Assembly (NCBI GenBank): GCA_004295055.1
Contig: SHNJ01000031.1
Location: 72,802 to 136,801, forward strand
From: Alphaproteobacteria bacterium
GTDB taxonomy: Bacteria; Pseudomonadota; Alphaproteobacteria; SHNJ01
Length of the DNA stretch: 64,000 bases
Direction of reading: 5' to 3'
Shown: piece by piece, positions 28,509-39,700 of the stretch
Numbering within the stretch: the first letter of the stretch is position 1
Layout of the letters: each line of letters begins with the position of its first letter
The notes under the pieces: model-generated
Database searches by the model: none
Told to the model about the DNA's origin: nothing
What the model saw: the letters and a program-made list of their open reading frames with translations, nothing else
Translations under genes and position numbers: made by a program

Positions 28509-30836
28509 ATGATTGATTGGAAAACCCTGCGTGACCACGCCAATCCGCCGTACCAAACGGCAGGATTTTCTTGGGCGCCTTATTTCCTTTTTTTGTCGAC
28601 GTATATCGAAATTGGCCGGTGGGATTTGATCGATGTGATGCTTGTATCGACTGAACAGCCGGATGTTTTATTGGCGCTTACTAAAAATGATGGACCTTTA
28701 CGCGATAAAATAGCCGAGATTGTAAAAAAGGCGCCAGAACAAACGGTTCTGAAATTGTACGCGGCTTTTGGCCAGCATTTACAAAAACCAATTAATGGTA
28801 ATAGCGTCCGCAGTTCGATAATGTGGGCAGCATTATCCCGCAAGGATTTCAGTCAAGGTTTCTGGCAACAATTATTTCAAGGCGCTTCTAATGATGATAA
28901 ATATTTTTTCTTTCTACGCGCAATAGATGGAAAATGTACTAATGGTATTGAAGCTTTAAAGGCGGAAATTGCCCCTAAAATTACCGCGCAGATTCCTAAA
29001 CTGGTTGAGTATCCGGATCCTTCTTTGGAATATGATCCATTTAAATCATTGGTTAAATTATTTGCGTCGACAGATGCCTATGAATACGAATTATATCAAT
29101 ATACTGCTGGTCCACATCAACAAATTCTTCATCCAAAAATAGCGGAAGCCGCAGTTCAGCAGGCACGTAAGAAAATAGCTGAAAGATTCACGTTGGCCGA
29201 TTCTATTCTTGATATTATGGCAGCGCAAGTGTTGCGTTGTGGTTTTTCTATTCCTGCTGATATCCAATCTACAATTGATACGGTGACCGATTCTAATTCT
29301 TGGACTTTCTTTCATTTTGTCAATCGTCTGGCAATATTGGAAACAGGTCAAGAAATTCCATCGCGGCCTCGATCCGAAGGAGATTTTCGTAGAAGTTTAG
29401 AACCCACGAATGTTTCGGAAGCTTGGGCTGTTATTGCACAAGATGCCAGGGATGCGTATTGGTTTACCAGAAATGCAGATGTAGAAAAAGCATTAGAGTT
29501 ATTAGAGGCTGGAATTGAAAGACCTTTAAAACATTATCAGATCCACTTGATAAGAATCGCCGCCTTGCGTTTTTGTGCAGATGGGAAATTGGTAATTGCA
29601 GCAAGATTTCGAGACTTGCTTCCAGATCCAGACATTTTAGGGAAAGAGGTAAATGGCAAAATTAATACTGTTGCCGGTTTAAAAAGACATCAATTAATTC
29701 AGCTTGATGGTTTAGCGGCTTGGCAACAGGTTTTGAACCGGGAACCGCCATGTAAAGAATTAGCACGGTATCCTGTTTTTGGTTTTAAACCAGCCTTGTT
29801 TACGCAAATTTTACCAACTATCCAATTTGCCTATAATCAGGAATATCCATACAACCGTGATGAAAGAGCATATGAGCCTATGATATGGGCCTATAAACTT
29901 TGCTGTTTGTTTGGAAATGAACAGCAAGTTGCAGATTATATGCGCCAGCATGGTAAGGCGGATGCCAATCAGCCAGTTCACGATCTCTGCCAATTTGAAT
30001 TACCTAAACGCGGATTATGGACACCAAAATCCTGGGGTGATTTAGCGGTAAAATATGGACCGGGCTTGACCAAATATCTGGGTATTGCTCCTGGCGTGGA
30101 AAAACATTTGGGACGGCCACCAAGAACATTGGAAGAAATAAAAGATGCTCTTCCTTATGCGGCTTATGCTCGAGGAAAAGAAAATCTTGAATTGGCACGC
30201 GTTTGTGCCGAAGCCGGTTTGTCGGAAGATGCTTTTAATAAATGTTTAGAATTAAGATTCAAGACAAGTGACAAGCTGCCAGATGTAAGAATTGATGGCG
30301 CAGAAATTGGATTTAGAGATTACATATTTTATAAACTGCCTTGTAATGATTACCGTGGCTTGGTTCTAGGTCAACTTAGCAATAACTGCCAATCCGTAGG
30401 AGGGCATGGCGAGCGTGCGGCTGTTCATGGGGCAACCTCGGAATATGGTGGATTTTATGTGGTGGTCAAGAAAACGCCGCAAGGCGAAAAAATTGTCGCG
30501 CAATCTTGGGCGTGGCTAGCTAAAAATGGTGAGCTAGTGTTTGATTCTATGGAACCAGTAAATGAAACTTATCATCCGGTTTGCAAAGTATTATACAAAG
30601 AAGCCGCCAAACGAATGAAAGAAAAGCACGGCGTGCCTGAAGTGCGGTTAGGTACTGGTGGAAAGACACCAAAGATGGGGATGAAAGCAGCAGCAATTAG
30701 TTTAGAACCACTGGATACAAAAGCCTATGATGCACAAAAACAATATGTGTTAGAAGCGCGGGATTCAACAGGCGGTAGTGCAACGCCACCACCGGCAGTA
30801 AAACGCTATCACGACGCGCATATGCGTTATATGTAA
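28509..30836 (+). CDS. Large hypothetical protein (775 aa), no recognisable domain
   Basis: Long uninterrupted ORF with ordinary codon usage. No signal peptide and no known motif seen. Confidence 0.5.
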   Translation: MIDWKTLRDHANPPYQTAGFSWAPYFLFLSTYIEIGRWDLIDVMLVSTEQPDVLLALTKNDGPLRDKIAEIVKKAPEQTVLKLYAAFGQHLQKPINGNSVRSSIMWAALSRKDFSQGFWQQLFQGASNDDKYFFFLRAIDGKCTNGIEALKAEIAPKITAQIPKLVEYPDPSLEYDPFKSLVKLFASTDAYEYELYQYTAGPHQQILHPKIAEAAVQQARKKIAERFTLADSILDIMAAQVLRCGFSIPADIQSTIDTVTDSNSWTFFHFVNRLAILETGQEIPSRPRSEGDFRRSLEPTNVSEAWAVIAQDARDAYWFTRNADVEKALELLEAGIERPLKHYQIHLIRIAALRFCADGKLVIAARFRDLLPDPDILGKEVNGKINTVAGLKRHQLIQLDGLAAWQQVLNREPPCKELARYPVFGFKPALFTQILPTIQFAYNQEYPYNRDERAYEPMIWAYKLCCLFGNEQQVADYMRQHGKADANQPVHDLCQFELPKRGLWTPKSWGDLAVKYGPGLTKYLGIAPGVEKHLGRPPRTLEEIKDALPYAAYARGKENLELARVCAEAGLSEDAFNKCLELRFKTSDKLPDVRIDGAEIGFRDYIFYKLPCNDYRGLVLGQLSNNCQSVGGHGERAAVHGATSEYGGFYVVVKKTPQGEKIVAQSWAWLAKNGELVFDSMEPVNETYHPVCKVLYKEAAKRMKEKHGVPEVRLGTGGKTPKMGMKAAAISLEPLDTKAYDAQKQYVLEARDSTGGSATPPPAVKRYHDAHMRYM

Positions 30837-30847
30837 CGCATCACCTA

Positions 30848-32689
30848 TTACCCAGCTGCTTTTTCGGCTTCTTTTTTCGCGTCTTTGGCAGCACGGGCGC
30901 GGTCGTTCATATCCAGCAATTTTTTACGCAGGCGCAGCGATTTTGGAGTTACTTCGACCAACTCATCGTCTTGAATATACGCAATCGCGTCTTCCAAACT
31001 CATGATGCGGGGCGGGGTTAAACGAATCGCTTCGTCGGCTGCCTTGGTGCGGATATTGGTCAATTGTTTTGCCTTGTTTGGCACGACATCCAGATCATTG
31101 TCGCGGCTATGTTCGCCAATGATCATACCTTTGTAAATTTTATCGCCAGGATTGATCAAAATCTCGCCGCGTTCTTCCAAATTCCACAATGCGTAGGCAA
31201 CGGCTTCGCCGTCTTCACGGGAAATCATCACGCCGTTGATGCGGCCGCCGATTTGGCCTTTGTACGGGCCATAACCTTTGAAAGACCGGTTCATAATGCC
31301 GGTGCCACGAGTGTCGGTTAAAAATTCGCCGTGATATCCGATCATGCCGCGCGCGGGGCCATGGAACGTGATGCGTACTTTGTTGCCGCCGGATGGGCGC
31401 ATATCGGTCATTTCCGATTTACGGTACGCCATTTTTTCGACCACCACGCCGGAATATTCCTGATCGACGTCAACCATGATTTCTTCATATGGTTCCAGCG
31501 TTTCGCCGGTCGCTTCGTCTTTTTGCAGCAATACTTTCGGGCGGGAAATCGACAGTTCAAATCCTTCGCGGCGCATGGTTTCGATCAACACGCCCAATTG
31601 CAATTCGCCGCGGCCCGACACTTCGACCGCATCGCCGCCTTCGGCATCGCGCACGCGAATGGCAACGTTGCCTTCGGCCTCACGGAACAGACGATCGCGG
31701 ATCATGCGCGAAGTCACTTTGCTTCCTTCGCGGCCGGCCAGCGGCGAGTTATTGACCGAAAATGTCATCGCCAATGTTGGCGGATCGACCGGGGTAGCCT
31801 TAATCGGTTCGGCCACCGAAGGTGCGGCGACAGTGTCAGACACGGTGGTTTTTGGCAGGCCTGCGATCATAATAATATCGCCGGCGCTGGCTTCGTCTAC
31901 CGATATGCGTTCAATGCCGCGGAAAGTTTGGATTTTGGTAATCCGGCCTTGCTCCACCGCTTCGCCGTTCAATTTCATCGATTTCAGCGTATCGTTGACC
32001 TTTACTTTGCCGCTGTAAATACGGCCGGTCAGAATACGGCCCAGGAAATTATCCGCTTCGATCATCGAAATTAGCATCGAAAACGGCGCATTTTCATCGA
32101 CGCTGGGGGCAGGCACATGTTTTAAGATTAAATCGAACAGGGCGGTTAAATCGCGCTGCGTGTCGTTTAAATTGGCAACGGCCCAGCCATCGCGTCCAAC
32201 CGCGTATAATAATGGGAAATCCAATTGCTCGTCGGTGGCATCGAGGGCCGCGAATAAATCGAACACTTCGTGATGCACTTCGTCGATACGGGCATCGGAA
32301 CGATCGATTTTATTAATCAAAACAATGGGTTTCAAGCCTAACTTCAACGCTTTGCTGACCACGAATTTGGTTTGTGGCATCGCGCCTTCGGCAGCATCCA
32401 CCAATACGACAACGCCATCGACCATGGATAAAATCCGTTCGACCTCGCCACCGAAATCGCTGTGGCCTGGGGTGTCGACGATATTGATGCGCGTGTCTTT
32501 CCATATGATCGAGGTCACTTTGGACATGATGGTAATGCCGCGTTCTTTTTCCAGATCGTTGGAATCCATCACGCGCTCGGCAACGTTTTGGTTTTCACGG
32601 AACGTTCCCGATTGGCGCAACATTTGATCGACCAGGGTGGTTTTGCCGTGGTCAACGTGGGCGATAATGGCAATATTTCTTAAATTCAT
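30848..32689 (-). CDS. typA: Translational GTPase TypA/BipA
   Basis: 613 aa. [13 protein letters not shown]1, DTPGH G3, EF-G-like domains. Confidence 0.9.
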   Translation of the reverse strand: MNLRNIAIIAHVDHGKTTLVDQMLRQSGTFRENQNVAERVMDSNDLEKERGITIMSKVTSIIWKDTRINIVDTPGHSDFGGEVERILSMVDGVVVLVDAAEGAMPQTKFVVSKALKLGLKPIVLINKIDRSDARIDEVHHEVFDLFAALDATDEQLDFPLLYAVGRDGWAVANLNDTQRDLTALFDLILKHVPAPSVDENAPFSMLISMIEADNFLGRILTGRIYSGKVKVNDTLKSMKLNGEAVEQGRITKIQTFRGIERISVDEASAGDIIMIAGLPKTTVSDTVAAPSVAEPIKATPVDPPTLAMTFSVNNSPLAGREGSKVTSRMIRDRLFREAEGNVAIRVRDAEGGDAVEVSGRGELQLGVLIETMRREGFELSISRPKVLLQKDEATGETLEPYEEIMVDVDQEYSGVVVEKMAYRKSEMTDMRPSGGNKVRITFHGPARGMIGYHGEFLTDTRGTGIMNRSFKGYGPYKGQIGGRINGVMISREDGEAVAYALWNLEERGEILINPGDKIYKGMIIGEHSRDNDLDVVPNKAKQLTNIRTKAADEAIRLTPPRIMSLEDAIAYIQDDELVEVTPKSLRLRKKLLDMNDRARAAKDAKKEAEKAAG

Positions 32690-32927
32690 GTCCGTATACA
32701 GTCCGTTTTACAAATTAAAATGTCATTCTCAGCGGAACGGCGTACCTAAAGCTCTGAATAGCAAAAGATATTCGCTCGGCTCAGAATGACATATGGATAA
32801 AGCTTATAATGGCATTTATAGCCGTTTCAGCGCCAAAAGCCAAGGAAATAATCGTGCGCCGATCTTTTTTGATTTTGCCAAGCGTATCGGCCAATATTGG
32901 CTTAATAAATATAAAAAGGGGTGTTGG

Positions 32928-33737
32928 ATGCGTTATCGTTCCCGTTTGCCGCGTCAATTGGTCGGTTGGTCCTGCGTCGCTATTAGCGCTGTAATAGTGA
33001 ATGTTTTAATTCATCCTTCCGCGCAATCCAGCCAGCCAATGACAGGGATAGCGCCGGATTTTAATCTAAAACCTTATATGGATGGGCTTGATTTTTACAA
33101 ACCCTCCCAAAATAATTTAGCTATCTTTGCGCCGTTGGGTGTGATCGATCCTAAAACACTGGGCGGATTTATCGCCATCGAAGTCGATTATCAGAAAATG
33201 GAACCGGTGCAGGCTGGAGAGGGCTTGGCCATGGTGGACCAGCTTTTCCGGTATCGCAAAAGTTTTTTGGTACATCCATCGGTCTTGGCGGCCATGCAGC
33301 AAGATCCCAATATTAAAGACGATGCCGCGCGCGATGAATATCTGATGACGCATGGCGGAATGCTGCATTCTTTTAATGGCCGTCCGTCCCAAGTAAAAGC
33401 CGATGCGGAAAATAATATTATAGAGCGGTGCTGGACCGCCCGCGGTCTCTTTGCGCGGGAAAAAAATATGCCGGTTATTGAAACATCGCAAGGTTTAGAA
33501 TGGAGAAATGAGGGCGGACAATTTCACCGCATGGGCATGTCCGCGATTATCGCCGCGAATTATTTGGCTTGGTATGAAAACGGTCGATTGCATCGCGGTG
33601 ACGGGCCGGCGGTGGTGCGCTCAGACAAAATCGAATATTGGTGGCGCGGTGAGAAATGCACCCCGCAGCAATTCGAACAATTGCAATTACAAGAGGCGAA
33701 GCGCAAGTTGGAGCGCAGGACTAGAGACCGGACGTAA
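32928..33737 (+). CDS. Membrane-anchored hypothetical protein
   Basis: Start moved to MRYRSRLPRQLVGWSCVAISAVIV… (RBS AAGGGGTG). Contains WYENGRLHRGDGPAVVRSDKIEYWWRGEK, a MORN-like motif. Confidence 0.45.
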   Translation: MRYRSRLPRQLVGWSCVAISAVIVNVLIHPSAQSSQPMTGIAPDFNLKPYMDGLDFYKPSQNNLAIFAPLGVIDPKTLGGFIAIEVDYQKMEPVQAGEGLAMVDQLFRYRKSFLVHPSVLAAMQQDPNIKDDAARDEYLMTHGGMLHSFNGRPSQVKADAENNIIERCWTARGLFAREKNMPVIETSQGLEWRNEGGQFHRMGMSAIIAANYLAWYENGRLHRGDGPAVVRSDKIEYWWRGEKCTPQQFEQLQLQEAKRKLERRTRDRT

Positions 33738-33825
33738 TTGTTTGACGGGATGGGCAAGATTGCAATTGACAGAATGAGAATATATTTTATACCTAAAGGA
33801 TAACATTTAAGCTAAGGAGACTCGC

Positions 33826-34914
33826 ATGAGACAATCGATCGGTTGGAGTTTAGGTTTGAGCGGATTGCTGGCCGCCGCCACTTTTATGCCGGGCGTAGGA
33901 TGCGAGCAAAGGCACGACTCAGTCCCCAAGCACACCTTCATGGAGAAACAAATTAGGGATTGGGATTATACCATCACCTATACTCTGGCGATCTATGACG
34001 ACGGGCAGATCGAGTGCGCCCAGCAATATCAATATTTCCGGTCCGAAGACCAATGGTGCGACTCCAATCACAAGGTTAGCCCGCGCATATTCGGCAATCT
34101 GTTCCCCGAGGCGCAAGAAGATGCCCGCACTCTGATCAGAATGGAATTGGGTTATCTCTCCCCCGCCCTGACTAAGATCGATGAGGTTTTCACCCCATAT
34201 CCTGGCCCGGCCTCAATGTGTTTGACCCGCGAATATTTTACCGCCGACGGAACGGTCGCCACCGAGGATTATAGTTTCGAAATCCAGCGTCGCGGATATG
34301 CCGGAGAATATGTTGACGCGCAAGCCTTTCAATACGGCGCGGATGGAACGGCCTATCCGATTGGCTTGCGTTTGTTCGCATACCGGTTTCCGGATCAATA
34401 TGACGCCTGCGCCCAGTTTATCCAAACCCATGTTGACCCCGGCGAGGCATACGCGCCATGCTTCGACTTGAAGCATTACGCCTTTGGATCCCCTAAGATC
34501 CGGGAATATACGCCCAGCTTTTTTACGGCTGGGGATTATGAATTCGTCCCATCTCCGAGCATAGAATACCCTCCGAATCAAATGGGCGAATATAGCAATA
34601 CGTTTAAGGCGCAGGGGGAAGATTGGTACAACCGGTATTCCTATGATGCCGTACTTTGCGCGGATGGAATCTTGCGGACCTACCAGCGTAATTCAGATGC
34701 TCCTCTTTCCCAACGCTATACGGAAATTCCCCTCGGCCAATTTGCCCAGGCTTGTCCCGATGCCTATGATATTTGCCGGTCGTCGGTGATGCTCGGTCAA
34801 GGCCTGTCCCCGCAATTGGTTCGATTGGATCAGGCCTTTGGCCAAAACCATCCGAAAGATGTCGCCAGCGTGCAGGCCTTGCAACGGCACCGCACGCCGC
34901 AAGCTGCGCGGTAA
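33826..34914 (+). CDS. Secreted cysteine-containing hypothetical protein
   Basis: RBS AAGGAGA. Signal peptide MRQSIGWSLGLSGLLAAATFMPGVG. About 9 Cys, Tyr/Pro/Asp-rich. Confidence 0.55.
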   Translation: MRQSIGWSLGLSGLLAAATFMPGVGCEQRHDSVPKHTFMEKQIRDWDYTITYTLAIYDDGQIECAQQYQYFRSEDQWCDSNHKVSPRIFGNLFPEAQEDARTLIRMELGYLSPALTKIDEVFTPYPGPASMCLTREYFTADGTVATEDYSFEIQRRGYAGEYVDAQAFQYGADGTAYPIGLRLFAYRFPDQYDACAQFIQTHVDPGEAYAPCFDLKHYAFGSPKIREYTPSFFTAGDYEFVPSPSIEYPPNQMGEYSNTFKAQGEDWYNRYSYDAVLCADGILRTYQRNSDAPLSQRYTEIPLGQFAQACPDAYDICRSSVMLGQGLSPQLVRLDQAFGQNHPKDVASVQALQRHRTPQAAR

Positions 34915-34936
34915 TCCATTAAAAATAAATCATAGT

Positions 34937-34965
34937 AAAAAAAAGCGCCCGTTATGGGCGCCTTA
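34937..34965 (-). terminator. Rho-independent terminator (reads best on minus strand, after the decarboxylase gene)
   Basis: Minus strand reads GGCGCCC-ATAAC-GGGCGC-TTTTTTTT. Confidence 0.7.
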
Positions 34966-34982
34966 ATTGTTTGTGGCGTTGT

Positions 34983-36320
34983 TTAAGACATCTCCGTCTC
35001 ATACGCTTCGCGTTCCCATGCGATCAGATTCAATGTGGTTACATTGTCTTTGTCCATGGTACGGCGGTCGGTGCGGGGTTGCCAGTCTTTCATTTGCATT
35101 TGCGGCTGATCCCAAACCTCGACGGTCATGTGTTCATCGAAACCGTTGAATTTGGAACGCATGGTGGTGCAATACGCGCCCAATTGGCCAAGTTCAATCC
35201 AATCGCCTTCGGTGGTATCTTCTGGCAATAAATATGGTCCGCGCATGGAATCGACGGTATCGCAGGTCGGGCCATACAGTTTAAAGCCTTTATATGGGGC
35301 TTTATGTTCGCTGCCATTGCCGCGAATCAATTTCGCTGGATAGCGCATGTTCAAAATACCGGCATCGAACAGGCTGCCATAGACGCCGTCATTGATATAA
35401 AGATTATCGCCTTTGCGTAATTCAACGTTCACGACTACCGATCCGGCTTCGGCAACCAATGCACGGCCAGGTTCGCAGCGCACTTTGGTGTGGGCTGGCA
35501 ATTTAATGTCTTCGGCCAGTCCAGCCTTGATCGCATCCATGAAACGCGACATTGGCGGCGGGGTCATGCCCGGATATACGGCTGGGAATCCGCCGCCTAA
35601 ATTCAATACATCGATTTCAACGCCGGATTTGGAGATGACTTGCGCGGCCAATTTAATGGCGCGGCGATACGCATCCGGGTGCAAACATTGCGAACCGACA
35701 TGGAAACAAATGCCGACTTGGCGGGCGATTTTGTCTGCGGCTTGCAATAATTCGACGGTCAAATCCGGGTGTGCGCCAAATTTGCCCGACAAATCGTGTG
35801 CGGCAACGCCTTTTGGCAGGGCGAGGCGGATATGCAGGTTCAAATCGGTTGCGGAACCGGTTTCTTCGATAATCTTTTGCAATTCGTCCTTGGAGTCCAA
35901 GGCAAAGTCGCGCACGCCATAATCAAAATAGGCCTTGCGGATGGCATCGCGGCTTTTCACCGGGTGCATGAAATAGGCTGTGCCGCCTGGCGCGAATTTC
36001 GAAATCATCTTAATTTCGGACAGGGAGGTCACATCGAAATGGCGAATGCCTGCCGCGGATAAATGGTGCAATACCGCAGGTTCCGGGTTGCATTTCACGG
36101 CATATAATACATCGCCAGGAAAGTTCGCCAAAAACCATTCGGCGACTTGTTGCAATACTTGCGGACGAATGCAATGGACCGGCACACGCGGTTTCAATTC
36201 GCGGATCAGCGCATCTACGCTGGCGAAATTCATCATTTCAGGAACAGGATGCACCTTCACTTCGGCTTTATGGCCGATCTGGTAAGGCAGGTGATTCCAG
36301 TATTTAAATTCGCTTCTCAT
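34983..36320 (-). CDS. Ornithine/lysine decarboxylase, eukaryotic-type ODC fold (Orn/DAP/Arg decarboxylase family 2)
   Basis: 445 aa. YAVKCN PLP-lysine motif and GGGFP glycine-rich loop. Confidence 0.75.
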   Translation of the reverse strand: MRSEFKYWNHLPYQIGHKAEVKVHPVPEMMNFASVDALIRELKPRVPVHCIRPQVLQQVAEWFLANFPGDVLYAVKCNPEPAVLHHLSAAGIRHFDVTSLSEIKMISKFAPGGTAYFMHPVKSRDAIRKAYFDYGVRDFALDSKDELQKIIEETGSATDLNLHIRLALPKGVAAHDLSGKFGAHPDLTVELLQAADKIARQVGICFHVGSQCLHPDAYRRAIKLAAQVISKSGVEIDVLNLGGGFPAVYPGMTPPPMSRFMDAIKAGLAEDIKLPAHTKVRCEPGRALVAEAGSVVVNVELRKGDNLYINDGVYGSLFDAGILNMRYPAKLIRGNGSEHKAPYKGFKLYGPTCDTVDSMRGPYLLPEDTTEGDWIELGQLGAYCTTMRSKFNGFDEHMTVEVWDQPQMQMKDWQPRTDRRTMDKDNVTTLNLIAWEREAYETEMS

Positions 36321-37078
36321 CTCTATCTAATAAATCCCAACAAAAACAACGATCTTTTTCAAAAATTTGGCAGCACTTTTCCCGGGGCATATCCGGCGCC
36401 AAAAGAAAGGCAGCAAGATATGCCGTACCGGCCCCTTAGCGTCGATCACATGCCGACGCGTCTACGGGCCGAGCGATTCACGGTATCAATGTTGGAGTTG
36501 AAGATAGAAAGACTGGCCAGCGCCAATACGCAGCATCATCCGTTGCAGCCTGCTGCGGATTTTTAAAAATTTTTCAGGAATAGATTTTTTGAATCTACGC
36601 CCTTGTAAATGTAACAGTCCTTTTTCCATGATCCGTTCCTTTTGCCATACGTAAGGAATTACCAATAAAAGGACGTCTACGTCGTTACATAACCAGCTTT
36701 ATCCCCCTTTGCATCGGGTGCTCTATGATAAGCCAGCGGGCAGAGGCACGTGCGTTCGCGTCTTAAGAACATTATTTATAACATTTTTCAAAATATGCAA
36801 TAACTTTTTTTGGCCAAGCCAAGTTTTTTTTCGCTGGTGATAAATTTACCGGAACTACTTTGGCGTGAGGCAGATTTTTTGGTGGCTGTTTTGGGCAGAA
36901 TTGCGGCGCGCCTGTCGGAAATTTTTGGATTGATTTGCCGTTTTTAAAAATACGAGTCAAAATTATATCATCGAAAAACCAGCATAAATAAAGGATTTTA
37001 TGCACATCTATTGGACGATGCGCCGGTCGATGGTACAAAGGCCGCACTTCGTTCACTTTTGTTCTGGTAGTTCCTGCC

Positions 37079-37597
37079 ATGTCCGAATTTACTCTCTCCC
37101 CACGCCTAAAAATCGTCCGCGACGACATCACCAAAATAAAGGTCGATGCCATCGTCAATGCCGCGAACTCTCGTTTGGCGGGTGGCGGCGGGGTTGATGG
37201 CGCGATTCACCGGGCGGCAGGGCCAGAACTCCTCGAAGCTTGCCGGAAAATTGGAGGCTGCCCGACCGGACAGGCGGTCATAACGCCCGGTTTCCAGCTT
37301 CCCGCCCGGTTTGTGATTCATACGGTGGGCCCTGTCTGGCAGGGTGGCGGCAAAAACGAGGCGGCACTTTTAGCCGACTGCTATCGCAATTCGTTAATTT
37401 TGGCGGAGGGCGAAAAACTCGAAACTATTGCTTTTTCTGCCATAAGCACGGGCGTTTACGGCTATCCAATAAAGGAAGCTTGCTGCATTGCCAAAGCTAC
37501 TTTGGAACAGTTTTTGCAAAGTCAACAATGGCCAAAAATGGTTTATTTGACGGCATTTAACGACGAAGTTTGGGCGAATCTAACGAATTTTACATAA
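37079..37597 (+). CDS. Macro-domain protein (O-acetyl-ADP-ribose deacetylase-like)
   Basis: 172 aa. [23 protein letters not shown] and …[10 protein letters not shown]… macro motifs. Confidence 0.8.
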   Translation: MSEFTLSPRLKIVRDDITKIKVDAIVNAANSRLAGGGGVDGAIHRAAGPELLEACRKIGGCPTGQAVITPGFQLPARFVIHTVGPVWQGGGKNEAALLADCYRNSLILAEGEKLETIAFSAISTGVYGYPIKEACCIAKATLEQFLQSQQWPKMVYLTAFNDEVWANLTNFT

Positions 37598-37611
37598 AAG
37601 GATACGATAAG

Positions 37612-38286
37612 ATGGCGGGTAACTTATTGACTTTTTATAGGTTTTTAGATAAAATATCCCTTATGGATACTTTAAGGCGTGGGGCTCTTTTTATTGTGAT
37701 TTTCACCGGCTCAGTATTGGCTGGCGGGGTAAGTTTTGCCGAGCCTTTGATTCAAGATTACCAATATCATTATTCCACTACCGATGACGGCAAGGCCAAA
37801 GTTTCGGAACGTCAAATTACCTGGCGGAACCAGGGTCTGGTCGAAGAATTTTCCGGTAAACAAGTGGATTACTTGGTTCATAACTGGCGCAATGCCGATC
37901 GCAGCGCCGATTTATATGTTCGTTCGGGTTATGGTGAATTTGAGACCAATAAGGGCCTGTTCAATCCCTATGGCGAGGCGATGATCAGCGGGATCGAGTA
38001 TAATTACCAGGATCCAAGAATTTACACCTCTGCCAAATTTGAAAGCTATTATGGCCAGGATTACATTAAAAAATTCCGTCAGGAATTGCGCTTGGGTTTA
38101 AAGAACCTGGATTTAGGCGATGATGGCATTTCATCGATGTTCATGTTGGTCGCCAGCCGCATCAGCGATGTTGAAGATGGCTTTAAACTGACCCCCGCCT
38201 TGCAATTATTCGGCGACGATTTCAATACCGAGATTGATTTTGACCTGGATGGCGAAATCAAGTTCAACTTTACCTATAAGTGGTAA
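37612..38286 (+). CDS. Putative small outer-membrane beta-barrel protein (MipA/OmpV-like)
   Basis: Start moved to MAGNLL…; hydrophobic signal segment. Alternating amphipathic strands and a C-terminal …KFNFTYKW aromatic terminus typical of OMPs. Confidence 0.4.
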   Translation: MAGNLLTFYRFLDKISLMDTLRRGALFIVIFTGSVLAGGVSFAEPLIQDYQYHYSTTDDGKAKVSERQITWRNQGLVEEFSGKQVDYLVHNWRNADRSADLYVRSGYGEFETNKGLFNPYGEAMISGIEYNYQDPRIYTSAKFESYYGQDYIKKFRQELRLGLKNLDLGDDGISSMFMLVASRISDVEDGFKLTPALQLFGDDFNTEIDFDLDGEIKFNFTYKW

Positions 38287-38347
38287 GTAAGTACCTAGTT
38301 CCAAGCTCCTGTTTCCTAGTAAAAACTAGGTACTAGGAACTAGGCCT

Positions 38348-39700
38348 CTAGGAACTTTTATCCAACCAAGCCAGCGATTCCAGATGGTATGTTTGCGGGA
38401 ACATATCGATTAACCGCACGCCGCCCAATTTATAGCCAAACCGTTCCAGCCAATCGATATCGCGCTTTTGGGTCGTTGGGTTGCAGCTGACATAAACGAT
38501 CCGATCAGGGGCCAGGGCACCGATCTCATCCACTGTTTTTTGGGCGAGGCCAGCGCGCGGCGGATCAATAATGGCCACGGACGGGCTTTTATTGCTGCGT
38601 AACTGTGATCCCCAGCCTTTTTGATACAAATCCATCGCCTGGCTTTGGTAATTGGTCAGGCCATTACGCGCAGCATTGTCCCGGGCAATGGCGGCGGCGC
38701 GAGTGTCGGATTCGGCGGCGATAATAGAAATATCCTTGGATAAATGCGGGGCCAAAGCCACGCCAAACAGGCCAACGCCGCTGAATAAATCGTATAGGAC
38801 TTTGGGGGCGATAGGAGTTACTAATTTTGCAATTTCGGTAATCAAGGATGGTAGAATCGAAACATTCACTTGAAAGAAATTTTCGGCATGAAACCGTAAT
38901 TTTGATGTGCCGATGACTTCTTCTAAATAATCCAATCCCAAAACCGGGGAAGGTTGCCCATGGCGTTTTTTGGCGGCAATGCCGACAACGGTCGGGCAGG
39001 TTTGTTTAATCTTTTCGGCCAATAAACGTACCTTGTCGCTTTGCGGGTCTTCGACTTCCAGCATAATCAACGTGCTGCCATCATGAAATGCCTGGCGCAT
39101 GGTCAAATGTTGCCAGTCGCCGCGCTCGCCCGTGGTATCATTGCTGAAATTTTCACGAATCAGGCGTTTGATAGTCTGGCCGGTTTGCCATAAATCGGGA
39201 TTGATTAAATGGCATTCCTGCAAATCGATAATATGCCGGAACCGGCCGCGTGGATGCAGACCATAGGTAATTTCGCCGCCAGGCGGACGGGTAAAGCCAT
39301 ATTCCATTTTGTTGCGGTAATTGAACTGGCGCGGCGATACGATGGTTTCGCCAATTTCCGCTTTGTGATGAAAGGTTTCGGCCAGAATATTCAATTTAAT
39401 TTTTAACTGATAATCCTGGGTCAAATGCTGGTACGTGCAACCGCCACACAGACCGGCATGCTGGCATTTTTTTGAGGTTCTAGCATTGGCGTTGGCGGTA
39501 ACTACGTTATTCAATTCGGCGTACCGCACGCCTTTGGCTTTTTTATAAATGCGCGCTTCGACCGTTTCATCGGCGGCTACGTTGCTGACGAAAACGGCTT
39601 TGCCCTGATGATGGGTCAACCCCCAGCCGCCGAAGACCATTTTTTCGATACGGCATTCGAACGATTCGGGCGGTGTTTTTGGCGCTTTGCTATCTTTCAT
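38348..39700 (-). CDS. rlmD: 23S rRNA (uracil-C5)-methyltransferase RlmD/RumA family
   Basis: 450 aa. TRAM-like N-terminus, 4-Cys cluster (CQHAGLCGGCTYQH), SAM-MTase C-terminal with DLFSGVGLFG. Confidence 0.8.
   Translation of the reverse strand: MKDSKAPKTPPESFECRIEKMVFGGWGLTHHQGKAVFVSNVAADETVEARIYKKAKGVRYAELNNVVTANANARTSKKCQHAGLCGGCTYQHLTQDYQLKIKLNILAETFHHKAEIGETIVSPRQFNYRNKMEYGFTRPPGGEITYGLHPRGRFRHIIDLQECHLINPDLWQTGQTIKRLIRENFSNDTTGERGDWQHLTMRQAFHDGSTLIMLEVEDPQSDKVRLLAEKIKQTCPTVVGIAAKKRHGQPSPVLGLDYLEEVIGTSKLRFHAENFFQVNVSILPSLITEIAKLVTPIAPKVLYDLFSGVGLFGVALAPHLSKDISIIAAESDTRAAAIARDNAARNGLTNYQSQAMDLYQKGWGSQLRSNKSPSVAIIDPPRAGLAQKTVDEIGALAPDRIVYVSCNPTTQKRDIDWLERFGYKLGGVRLIDMFPQTYHLESLAWLDKSS

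Noticed and set aside
36772-37158. 128-aa minus-strand ORF in the long spacer
   Set aside because: No RBS, low-complexity or basic composition, and overlap with the macro-gene start. It is more likely non-coding.
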